A stretch of DNA of 64,000 bases from Eledone cirrhosa (Eukaryota). The first letter of the stretch is position 1. Every line of letters begins with the position of its first letter. A program made the translations under genes and the position numbers. The stretch lies in contig OZ024744.1 of assembly GCA_964016885.1 (NCBI GenBank), positions 29,698,001 to 29,762,000 on the forward strand, in the 5' to 3' direction. A model generated the notes under the pieces. It did no database searches. It saw nothing but the letters and a program-made list of their open reading frames with translations, and was not told the DNA's origin. Shown here in pieces: positions 26,090 through 37,589 of the stretch.

Positions 26090-26303
26090 TTCGTTTCTGA
26101 ATTTGTTTAGCAAGATTCTTTATCTGAAATCGTGTGATGAAACCGATATTGTTATACTTTGGGAGGGTCATGTTGCCAATAAGAAACACACGCACCAGTT
26201 GCTTTCACTTCAATTTATTATATATTTATAAATTTACAAATTTACAAATTTATAAATTTCTGGTTGGTTGGTTGGTTCCACAACCAGATAGTTGTTTATA
26301 TAT

Positions 26304-26348
26304 AGTCATAGTCCTTTCGTCACACACTCTGTGACCTCTTCAGTGACT
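26304..26348 (-). ncRNA. Minimal type I hammerhead ribozyme
   Basis: Minus strand: AGTCA-CTGAAGA-G-GTCACA-GAGTG-TGTGAC-GAAA-GGAC-TA|TGACT; in sense orientation, downstream of the endonuclease ORF. Confidence 0.82.
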
Positions 26349-26560
26349 GGGGATTCCTTTCTTTGTTTCTGTGCCTTTCCTTTCTTCTGTCCTACGCCAT
26401 TTTGTTTCTGTGTGTGTGTTGTGTGCTAAGTTTGCGCATGCGCCTCATCCGGGTGTCTGTGTGTGTTTATGTTCATTTATCTATTTGTTTATTTATTTAT
26501 TTATTTACATGTTATTGGTTGGTTGTTTGTTCTATGTGTGTGTGTGTTTTCATTTTGTCC

Positions 26561-27655
26561 TTAATTGTAAGTTGTGATGTTGCTGTTCCACTCATATTTT
26601 CTATTTAATTTTGGTTGTAATTCTTTTATGTTTATTGCCTCTGTAATTTGTCTAAACATTGCATCTTTTCTGTGTGTAGATTCTATTTTTATTTCTATGT
26701 TCTCTAATTTACCCTTGTGTTCTATCTTAGCATGTTGGTAGAGTACAGATGATTCTTTATTATCTTGAAGGTCTCGCCAGTGTTCATTTATCCGTTCCCC
26801 TATACTACGAGCTGTCTCACCTATGTACACTATATTTTTGTTTCTACATTGTCCTTCAGTACATCTTATGCTATACACTACATTTCTAGTTTTACAGTTA
26901 ATATGGGGGCTTATTTTACAGGTTATACATTTCTTATCTCTATATGAGGGTCTTTGAAACGGGTATGTCTTGCTAATAAGTGTTTTTACGGAGGTACCTG
27001 GTCTTTCTACTATCTTAATATTGAGTTTATGTTTATTTAGGGCCCTTCTAAATTTGTAGGCTAGTTCGCCTCTAGGGGTTGTATCGATGAACATTACACT
27101 CTGGTATTTATTGCTATCATACCATGAGTTTATTCTATTAGCCTTGTTCCTAGTTCTTTCTATTCTATTCCAAAATTTGCTCCTATACAAGGGGCAGGTC
27201 CCATTCATGTCATTATTTACCATTTTTTCCCATTTGGTTCTGGCTCCTCTATACACTCTGATTCTATCTCTCTGATTGTAGCCAGAGAACTGCATACGGT
27301 GGATGAAGTGTTGTATGTGTCTCTCTAGTTCTTCGGGGTTGCACATGCGGGACACATTTCTCATCACCCGTACCAAATCCGCAATCAGTATGTTGATTTT
27401 GGTATGGTCCGAAATGGCCGAGTTTCGGTGGATCAGATGTTTGGAAGTCATGGGTTTGGCATAATGGGAATGGATGATTTGTTTTTGGTTGTTAATGGTA
27501 TCTAACCAGAGCTCTGTGTCTAGTACAGGTAATCGATGGTTGGGGTGTCTACTTGGGTAGTCTATAGTAACTCTAATGCTCTGGTGGATGGAGTTTGCTA
27601 TTTGCTGGATGCTTTCCATTGTGTTTTTCTCTAGTTTCTGACTGTTCTCTAGTGG
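26561..27655 (-). pseudogene. PLE RT C-terminal/thumb + GIY-YIG endonuclease, uninterrupted but 5'-truncated
   Basis: LPVLDTELW..HYAKPM..IHRNSAI..RMQFSGY; CITC...NCKTRNVVYSIRC...VYIGETARSIGERINEH...LYQH...RQITEAINI...PKLNRKYEW. Confidence 0.9.
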
Positions 27656-27934
27656 GGTTGTGGAACCAACCAACCAACCAGAAATTTATAAATTTGTAAA
27701 TTTGTAAATTTATAAATATATAATAAATTGAAGTGAAAGCAACTGGTGCGTGTGTTTCTTATTGGCAACATGACCCTCCCAAAGTATAACAATATATATA
27801 TATATATAACGAAGGAAATGTGGTAAGGAACCAGGTGGACCATAACGCACCAAAGTACTCAATACTCGGGGTAGTAGAGTGGGTAATAGGAACCAGTAAG
27901 ACCCCGACAGCTGAGCTCAAGCCGTTTCGAGCGC

Positions 27935-28487
27935 AAGGTTTTGCGTATGCTTGTGTATGTACGTATCTGTTTGCGTGTATGTATTTATTTGTTTCTATTT
28001 CTTCCGTATTGTATTTATTTACTTTGTTCTTAACTCTGTAGCGGAGATTCATTTGGTCTCCTAGTTAGAATCTTAGTCTACGACTTCTGCTTACCATTTA
28101 CGTGGTTTTGTCTTTGCGTGCTTTTGTTCTCCACGCTCCACATATGACTTATTATCTTCGTTTTTTCGTTCATTGCCAGAGAACGTCTCTATACACCACC
28201 TAAGAGAACATTAGTCTACGACTTCTGCTATACCATATACGTGGTTTTGTCTTTGCGCGTAATTGTTTTTCACCGCTCCTATTAATGACGTATTCGTTTT
28301 TTCCCGTTCTTTGCCAGCGAACGTTATCACGAACCAAAGTATCGTCTTCCTGTCTTCCTCCGGTTGCAACGTTTTTTGAAATATCCAGTTCTGCGTTTAC
28401 AGATTGACTTTGTTAGTTTCAGAAGATCCCGTTAAGGGTGAAAGCAGCGATTCTTTGCTTAAACTTTAATCTGTTATTTTAATAAAC
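27935..28487. repeat. Inverted copy of dispersed repeat 9087-9635
   Basis: Sequence identity to the reverse complement of 9087-9635. Confidence 0.8.
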
Positions 28488-28571
28488 ATTTGCTCTACGG
28501 TTCTTATATATTTGATATATATTTTCCTTATCGATCCCTCTTTGGATTTTAGTCTTCAATTTTATCATTAT

Positions 28572-28614
<43 letters not shown>

Positions 28615-29759
28615 TTGAAAATATAATAATCGCAATGCAGAGATTATTTTAATGATTGTTGTTTTATTCAACTATTGTTTATAGTTATCTGAATTGTGGC
28701 GACTATGTTTCCAAATTCCAAAGTTCCCAATGCTTCGTAAGTTAACCAAATATTATATAAATTATATTTATATATTAAACAAAGAACCAATCATATTCAC
28801 GAACCGTCGAGCACACCTTGAATTTTGGAATTATGTTAGCTTAAAGTAAGCTACTTCAACGCAGATTTTTAGACTGTGTAAAAGGCCCTAGTGACGGAAA
28901 ACGAGTACAGTGTCATCTGTAGGAATCGAACGGGCAATTTTATCCACTTATTCCGTCACTCTTGCCTTGTAAGATTATTTTTCACAGTAAAAAAACCTGC
29001 GTAGAAGCAGCTTATATTAAGCTTGCCTACTTGCCAAATTATTTATTCATATTTTTGTTTTGTTCTCCTCTAACTAAATAATAATAGGTTCTGATTTAGG
29101 CTCAAGACCAACCATTTTGTGGGAGGAGAAAGTCGATTAAATTAATTCCAGTGTATTACTGGTACTTTATTTTATTGACCCCATAAGGATGAAAGGCTAA
29201 ACTAACATGTGAACACTTGACTATTGTTTTTCAAAGTGATTCACTATTCAACAAGTGCAGTGAACGCTGTATACTTCGCTGATGAGGTCAGGAAAATGTG
29301 TAAAAGGCCCTAGTGACGGAAAATATAGTTTTATTTATTTATTTTTTGTTTTGTCTTCACGACATAGTCATTATTTTTAGCCATTTTATTAATGCGGCTC
29401 CTTGTTTCAACTCTTTCGTTACTATCTAAGTTTTCTAATGAAAGACACTTGCTTATGATTTTCAAATCATTTTGAAAATGATAAAAAAAATTGGAGTGAT
29501 TTAGTCGTATAACCAACTTTCTTGTATTAATCTTGTGTTTGGAACATAACTTAATGGAGATTTTTAGATAAAATTATGATGAAAGGTTTTAGATAAATGT
29601 AAACATTTTAACACCTTCGTTACTATATATTTAATGAAAAATATTTCCAATTATTTTCAAACCATTTTAATGAGATTTAATAATATAAGTAACTTCCTCA
29701 TTATTAAACTGGTGTTTCTTATTATTAAACTGGTGTTTCTTATTATTAAACTGGTGTTT

Positions 29760-30875
29760 AGGGCGGAGTATTGGCGGTAGAGCATCGGATAGTATGTTTT
29801 GCGGCATAGAGTTACGGTCCTTTACGTTGTGAGTTCAAATCCTGCCGATGTTAGCTTTGCCTTTCATCCTTACGGGGTCAATAAAATAAAGTACCAGTAA
29901 TATACTGAGTTGATTTAGTTGGCTTTCCCCCCACACCTTCTAATTGTTGACCTTGTACCAAATGTAGAAACAAATATGTATTTCCTTTAATAGGCGGTGG
30001 GGGTGAATTGGCAGTATTGGTAGAGCGTCGGACACCCTGCTTCACGGCATAAAATTACGGCCCTTTACATTCTGAGTTCAAATCCCACCGAGGTTATCTT
30101 TGCCTTTCATCCCTACGGGTTCGATAAAATAAAGTACCAGCGATGCACTGGAGTTGATTTAATCGACTTTCCCCTTCCCTCAAATTATTGGCCTTAGGCA
30201 CCATTATTAAACTGGTGTTTGGAACATAACTAAATGAAGGTTCTTACATCGAACTATGATGGAAGGTTGCTGTTTTTTTATGGATAAATGTAAACATTTA
30301 AAAAAATTAAAAACGAACTCGGCTTAGAATCCAGGGGTGGGCTGAGTGTTCAGGTAGTTTGGTATCAATTGAATTGGCAGTATCAGTAGAGGGACGCCAT
30401 GCTTTCCAGCATAGTTACGTCCCTTTACAGACTGAGTTCAAATCCCGCCGAGGTTGACTTTGCCTTTCATCCTTACGGGGTCGATAAAATAAAGTACCAG
30501 TAATGCACTGGGTAATTGCTGGCCTTGTGCCTGAAGTAGAAACAATTATGTCTTTCCTTTAATAAAAAGTGACGGCTGTACTTTGGGTGATGGGAACACA
30601 ATAGAGTTATCTAACCTACTTCTAACCCCAACCCACCCCGTCCAATAATATAGTTTTATTTATTTATGTTGTTTATTTTTGTTTTGTTTTGTTTTCAAAA
30701 ATTTATATTTTTTTGTTAGACCAGTTGTTACAGCATTGAAACAAATACTTAACAGTATTTGTGCCGGCTCTTAACTTTATGAGTTCAAATCCCACCACCG
30801 AGGTCAACTTTGTCTTTCATCTTTTCCGGGGGGTCAATAAAATAAAATAGCAATCAAGTACTGGGGTCGATATCA
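29760..30875 (+). mobile_element. Cluster of four same-strand tRNA-derived SINEs (~29760-29970, 29995-30200, 30370-30545, 30750-30875)
   Basis: Each has gagttcaaatcc (B box) plus gccgaggt..actttgcctttcatcc.tacggggtcgataaaataaagtaccag; the body resembles the MetaSINE-type central domain from recall. Further copies at ~29100-29200(-), 32885-32990(+), 33740-33985(-) and 35720-35880(-). Confidence 0.8.
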
Positions 30876-30949
30876 TTATTTCTACTTGCCCCCACCCGCC
30901 TTGTTTTTATTTTTAAAGGCTGTTCCTTTAAAATTGTTAGCACACTATC

Positions 30950-31022
30950 TTTCTTCTTCTTCTTCTTCTTCTTCTTCTTCTTCTTCTTCTTCTTCTTCTT
31001 CTTCTTCTTCTTCTTCTTCTTC
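30950..31022. repeat. (CTT)n microsatellite
   Basis: Directly visible. Confidence 0.97.
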
Positions 31023-31829
31023 CCTCCTTTCTTCTTTCTTTCCTTCTCCCCGGCCCCTCCCTTCTTCCTTCACTAACCCTAACCTTTCCCTTACAAGTGC
31101 TGTATGAAACAGAGTCTCCCATGATTAGTTTTGACAAGACCATTCAACCAAGTGTTTATTTCGTCTCTGCAAGTTCAAAGGGTCTTTTTGTGTAACACCT
31201 GCAACTATCAACGTTAGACGACTTTTTACGGCTTTTCCTTCTTATTTTTTTTTAAGGGTTTTTTTTTTTACACGTGAAGCGCCGCATACGAAATTCTCTC
31301 AACTTATTCTCCATCTACCGTTCTCATATCTTTCTTTCTTCCCCTCTTTTTCCCATTCTTATTTCTTCTTCCTGTTCCACAACCTCCTTCCACCAACATC
31401 ACCGCATCTACCATCAACACCACCACCACCACCACCACCATCACATCATCTATCTATCTATCTTTCTTTCTGTCTGTCTCTCTCTTAACATTTTTCTCCC
31501 TCCCTCCCCCTCTCTACACCCTCTCTTTACCCCCTCCCTCCCTCTCTTTACACCCTTTCTCCCTCTCTTTACCCCCTATCTCTCAATCCTCTCTCCATCT
31601 ACCTCTCTCTCCACCCCTCTCCCTCTCTACATCCTCACAGCCTCTCTCACAGACATGTACTATCTCACTCTCACTTCCACATCGCTGTTTTCCCCCTTAA
31701 GTTGAAACAATTGTTGGATTTGTTTTTAACTACGAAAGTACATACATGTGTGTGTGTCTCTATGTATGAATATATGTATGTACGTATGTATGTATATATG
31801 TATGTATATATGTATATATATATGTATGT

Positions 31830-32436
31830 CAGGTCACCAGTTGGTGCTACTGGTAACATGTATCCCAGTATAACCTGTCTCATGGTCGGGTCGTTGGCGA
31901 CTAAACTGGCAACCCCACCAAGTTTTCTTGGTGAGGAGGATGACTTTGGACATCCTGCAGGACTAAAAACAAAACCTATCAAAGGGCAAAGGAGCTCTTA
32001 TGAGTCAATGGCCACCCAAAATGACCGGGAGTGATGACCCCTTAGCCTTTGTCAAGGCAGAATTCTAGGAGAAGGAAAACTCTGATATAACACCTGCAAC
32101 CCTGATGGTATCCAATGATGTTGACTTGTTCTTCTTTTTGGTAAATATCATCTTGGTTAAGAGAGTGGGACTGGCTTTGTGCAGTGCCTTTGCTCACTAT
32201 AAAATACTCACGGCACAGGCATTGCTTGATATCTGGAGATCTCTCTGCACTTGTCGTCACATGGTACCATGGGCCCAGCACTATGTGTCAATAATTGTCA
32301 CAAGTGTAGTGTTTGTACCAGAGTTTTCAAGTTGCTGGCTGGACTAAAAAGTCACACTTGTTCAGCGCATCGGTGGGAGTTCTCCTACATGGATATAAAG
32401 TAGTGGCCGTACTCGAAAACGAGTTGGCAGCCACCA
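31830..32436 (+). mobile_element. Possible rearranged RTE-like LINE remnant (5' UTR-like)
   Basis: GC-richer insert between (TA/TATG)n tracts; ctaggagaaggaaaactctga resembles RTE 5' UTRs from recall only. Confidence 0.35.
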
Positions 32437-32466
32437 TGTATGTATGTATGTATGTGTGTTTGTATG

Positions 32467-32588
<122 letters not shown>

Positions 32589-32613
32589 AGTGTGTGAGTG
32601 TGTGTGAGTGTGT

Positions 32614-32681
<68 letters not shown>

Positions 32682-33164
32682 CAAACAAATTAATTTTTCC
32701 ATCTGAAAAACAAAAGTTTTCTTTCTTCTCCGAGTTTTCGTCTTTTCTCCACAGCTCCTTGAATCTACCGATGACGACGAGGATAATGATGATTATAGAG
32801 TTAAAGGTGTTGATGAATACGAAGATGTAAGATAGTAAATAGATAACATATTTCTAACGAAAACAATCAAGTATTTAAAGGGTTTAGCAAGGCGTTGCAG
32901 TATCTGTTTCAGTTCTCTGCGCTCAAATTCCGTCGAGGTCATGTTTGCCTTTAATCTTTTCATGGTCGATAGAAAACTACAAGTCCAGTAATAAGGGCGA
33001 ATTTTCCTCTATATCTCTTTCTCACTTCCTCACAACCATTCTTTATCTCTTCTCTGTGTTCAGACCTGGAGGAGGAAAACATTAATTAATGAAAGTAAAC
33101 GAAAAGGAGAGAAGAAATAGTAATAGACTCTAAAACTCAGTTTTAGCAGTATATTACAGCTGCA

Positions 33165-33605
33165 TTCCGAGGACAAAATAGCGTTGGTACTGCTGTGGAG
33201 AGCAGCCAGCGACATCCACTGCATCAACCATTCCATCTGAAGGGGTTCCTTCCTCAGGGGAGTGAATAACTCTTCCCGATTTTGCAGAAGAAAAACGACA
33301 GTTCAGGGTCTGCGGACATCAGAGGGTCTCGCCAGCGACCATCACGAAAAGGAAGTGGTCTATCAGGTTTCAATATTTGGCTATTATTCTCTCTTTTGTG
33401 TTGCGGGTAGTAGTACCCTGGTTTGTGGCCGAAGTGACATGGCTGAAGGCAGAGAACGTGTCGCAACAGGTGACGTCCAAGAATATAGATTTACCTCCCT
33501 CGGAGGGAAAATGGTTATCTCGTATGGACACTACCAACACCACGGTTTAGGCCAGCAGCCTCCAGTTGTAATGGGAATCTAACAGCCCAACGCTCCTGAA
33601 CCTAT
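33165..33605 (-). pseudogene. Second CRE-like restriction-like endonuclease remnant
   Basis: Minus frame FPSEGGKSIFLDVTCCDTFSAFSHVTSATNQG...AKY*NLIDHFLFVMVAGETL, homologous to the fragment at ~24050-24230. Confidence 0.7.
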
Positions 33606-34419
33606 GTTTGAATAAAACCATATATTTTAAAATGCCTCTTTTTATAACCAGACAGTGTGGACAGACTACTGCCAAAGATTTCTTAATAATTTTGGAAATA
33701 CTCCAGAATTTGGAAGGATTTAATAATTGTTTTTACTTTTGCCACAAGGCCAGCAATTATCCCAGTGTATTACTGGTACTTTATTTTATCGACCCCGTAA
33801 GGATGAAAGGCAAAGTTAACCTCGGCGTGATTTGAGCTCAGTGCGTGACTGGTACTTTATTTTATCGACGCCTTAAGTATGAAAGGCAAAGTTAACCTCG
33901 GCGGGATTTGAGCTCAGACCATAAAGAGCCGTAACTCTTTGATGCAAAGCATGGCGTCCGACCCTCTACCGATACTGCCAATCCACTGATGTTTGGAACA
34001 TAAGAAACTTAACAAATGTTCTTACATTAAATTTTGATAGAATGATTTTAGATAAATATAAACAGTTTAGCCCTTTCATTACCATATTTCTAATGAAAGA
34101 CACTGTCAACGTCATCAACCCTTTCATTACCATATCTCTAATGAAAGACATTTCTTATGTCATTAACTCTTTCTTTACCATATTTCTAATGAAAGACACT
34201 TCCTATGATTTTGAAATCATTTTGAAAATAATCAAGAATTTGGATGGATTCAGATATGTAACTAACTTTCTCATTATTTGGAACAAAACAATTTTTGATA
34301 CAGAACTATGATGGAAGGGTTTACATAAATACAAACTCTTTAACCATTGTGTTACCACACTTCTAATGAAAGACATTGCCTACAATTTGCAACCTATGCA
34401 TATTAAGCTGGTGTTTTAC

Positions 34420-34920
34420 GGTTACATTTCATACGAAGTTTCTTGGCTGTTTTTAATGACACAGGTCCCAGTCACATTATGTTGTTATTACTACAGCTCA
34501 CACCTATGTAGGTTTAGTTGGTCACATATGAGGTGACATCTCATATAAGATTTCTTTTTTCCTTTATAATAGGGGGCCCCAGTCCTATCAACATTCAACA
34601 TATTGTTGTTACTGCTCACACATATGTAGGTGTAGCTGATTTTCTACGTGGTTGTATTTTATTATAGGTTTCTTCGGTGTTTGAATGATAGCGTCACCTA
34701 TCTTATCAACTCTACATATTTATTATTACACCTTACATCTATGTAGGCTTAGCTGACCTCTTACAAGGTTGCATTTTATTAGAGGATTCTTGGGTGTTTT
34801 AAAGATAGGGGCTCCAGTTTTATACCCACTCTACATATTGGTGTTGTTACAGCTCACGCCTATGTAGGCTTAGCTGACCTCATACAAGGTTACGTCTCAT
34901 AGAAGGTTTCTTGGGTGTTT
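34420..34920. repeat. Diverged ~119-bp tandem repeat, about 4 copies
   Basis: gctcacacctatgtagg.ttagctga recurs near 34495, 34614, 34733 and 34852. Confidence 0.8.
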
Positions 34921-34954
34921 TATCTATCTTACTACAAAAACCAAAATGGAATAA

Positions 34955-35055
34955 AGTCACTTGCTCAAGAAATCAACGCGTCGCCAGGTCTAGGAATCGA
35001 ACCCAGGACCTTATGATAGGGAATCCACCAGCCTGAATACCAGGCCACGTGCCTT
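34955..35055 (-). mobile_element. 5' head of a second SINE family (tRNA-derived, CORE-like)
   Basis: Minus strand: ggcacgtggcctggt...ggttcgattcc (B box)...ttcttgagcaag. Confidence 0.6.
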
Positions 35056-35397
35056 GTTGAATCCGCTTAATTGCATATCCCCTTTCCACTATATTGATAT
35101 TAGTAAGGTATTGTGATTATTTTACACATCTATGGGTTCGGTTTATTATGAAGCAAGGATGAAACGATTTATTACTTACAATAAATACCACCCAGTACAA
35201 TATATATCTATTATATATGTACGTCTGTATGTAGGTATGTGTGTATGTATGTATTTATGTATGTATGTATATGTACACACACACATGTATATATATACAT
35301 AGACATATATGGTACTTTGGGAGGGACATAATACCATATATATATATATGTACATACATACGTACATACATACATGCATGCATACATACATACATAC

Positions 35398-35468
<71 letters not shown>

Positions 35469-35894
35469 CACACACATATATATATACATATATATATATA
35501 CATATGTAATCCATATGTCTTTGAGGGTCACCGATTCTCTTTTATATTGTCGATTACTGAAGCTTAACCAAATTAATAAGCTCCAACAATGGTGATGACT
35601 TTCACATTCTTGGAATGACTCAGTAATAACAATCACCACCATTGGTTGATTGGGAAATTATATCTTAATTGGATCACAGGCATAACATAGGCATAACATA
35701 GTCGATAATGTTTTCGAATTTTTTGGCACAAAGCCAACAATTTCGGGTGGCGAGGGTGGAGTCGATAATATCGACCATAGTACTTTACTTGTACTTTACT
35801 TTATCGGCCTTCGGAAGGATGAAAGGCAAAGTTGATCTCGGCGAGATTTGAATCCAGAATGTAAAAGGGCCGTAACTAAATAGCGTAACTAAAA

Positions 35895-36101
35895 CTGAGG
35901 GTTCCCTCGAGGGCCACATGAGTCACATATGTGTTGTTTGAAGGTCACACACGACTACTAATTCCACATATTGCAACTAATTTTTTAAATTTTATATTTC
36001 GATGATAAAACATGCTGGCGCAGTAAAAACCTTTGTGCGGGCCGCAGGTGTGCTTGTAAAAGGTCGCATGAAGCCCGCGGGCCGCATGTTTGACATGCCT
36101 G
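35895..36101. mobile_element. hAT-type MITE remnant (one end)
   Basis: Ends gcccgcgggccgcatgtttgacatgcctg, with subterminal gcgggccgca repeats typical of hAT ends. Confidence 0.55.
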
Positions 36102-36301
36102 ACCTTGACTAAAACACCCCTATTTTCTAGGTATATACAGTTATTATAGTAGGTTACTAAAAACAACCCTAACCAACTGACCTGATTCCAGGACAACTGA
36201 CCTAAGAAATTCAATAGACTTGGTATTGGAGTGGTGAACCTGCATCTGACCAATGAGAAGAAGGTATATTCTACTGATGCTTGAATTCATTCATTCTAAA
36301 T

Positions 36302-36544
36302 CAGTCATGGGCAACCTGCGGTACGATTTTTTTACCCCAACTTTTCTGTCGTAATTTATCTTTCTATCATTTTTACAATCAAGGAAAACAACGTGTACGA
36401 TTTCTGAAGGAACAAATCAAAACAACCTAAGTTACCACCATTTTTTTTTTATGTGGGCACGAATGTAAATTAGCGCTTGCAGCCCGCCTGATGATGAACC
36501 ATATCTCATGCGGCCCGCTTCTCGCAAAAGGCTGCCCATGCCTG
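36302..36544. mobile_element. Complete hAT-type MITE with 8-bp target-site duplication
   Basis: TIRs CAGTCATGGGCAACCT / AGGCTGCCCATGCCTG; TTCTAAAT duplicated at 36294-36301 and 36545-36552. Confidence 0.88.
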
Positions 36545-36684
36545 TTCTAAATCAAATGCCACCAGTTCTTTAAGAAAACAACACCATACTTCGGGACTGG
36601 GCATATCAAAGGACCGAAGTAACGGGCGTAAAGTTTGTTCCATCATTATGTTTTTCTGCTTTTTTTTCTGTATATATATTCAGT

Positions 36685-37588
36685 ATATATAGCTCAAGGA
36701 GACAACAAACAGAGGTACAAAAAATCTTATTAGCTTCACACTTTATTTTGGAAAGAGGAAAGAAAGTCCTTCTTCAGGAGGTAGGATCACAATGGAGAAA
36801 CAGAGAAAAGGTCCAGTAAATACAAAAAACAAAACAAAATCGAAAATGAAGAGGAAAAACAAGACAACTGTTAGATAGTCTTGGTAAAGAGAAGAAACGC
36901 CAAGTGTGTGTATTAGTGTTGTTAAATGTGTGAATGTAAGTGTATGTTTAAACGTGTGTGATATTTAAAGGTAAATTGAATAAAGTAACAAAGATAGTGT
37001 GTGTATGTGTATATCTATATGTTAGTGGTAGTAGACATGTATATGTGAGTAAATGTAAGTTTGAATGTGTGTACTGTATATGCGTGTTGAAGTAGTTTTG
37101 TGTGTGTGTAAAATATCGGTGGTGTACCGCATGTTGGTGAGAAGAGTGGATTAGTATGTGTGACGGTATGATAAATTATAACGTGTGTATGTTGAAGTTT
37201 ATAATGTATACGTGAAAAGTATCTAACAGTGATATGTGTGTATATATTAACAAGTTTGTGTCATAGGATAAGGAAGTATGTTTAGTGTGTGATAGAGAGT
37301 ATATGACAGAGACGATTAAAGGAAGATGGGTGGCGTATTAAGGTGAGGAGGAAGAAGGTTGTAAGGAGAAAATAAGTTGTTCTCTCCGCTAGGGGGAGTC
37401 TGGCATAATGTTAGAGCCCGAAGACACAGAGGTAGCGTGTGTAGTGGCCAGTGGTTCGAAAATGTCAGGAGATCGGAGTCGAGTTGTCGACCTGAATGAC
37501 CCTAAGATGTTCAATAAATCTGTTGACGACGTCCAAACTGACCAAGGTAGATAGCTCCGCACAGACTACAATGGAGTCCATAGACAAG
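36685..37588 (-). mobile_element. Old 5'-truncated Neptune-like PLE (sibling of 11560-16120)
   Basis: Minus strand VYGLHCSLCGAIYLGQFGRR..RFIEHLR...HFRTTGH...LNTPPIFL* (~37317-37585). Hammerhead remnant CTGAAGAAGGAC at ~36766-36777. Confidence 0.8.
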
Positions 37589-37589
37589 A

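Larger units (their letters stand above)
26146..27794 (-). mobile_element. 5'-truncated PLE with ~140-bp inverted terminal copy
   Basis: 26146-26285 is the reverse complement of ~27655-27794. Encloses an RT-thumb/endonuclease ORF and a hammerhead. Confidence 0.9.

Noticed and set aside
29265-29330. Hammerhead-like CTGATGA-G-GTCA...TGAC-G-GAAA, partly duplicated at ~28875-28912
   Set aside because: No helix III or NUH site followed by a helix I partner in cis; at most a decayed relic.
29760-30545. tRNA genes (A/B-box-like motifs)
   Set aside because: No cloverleaf; the motifs are heads of degenerate SINE copies.
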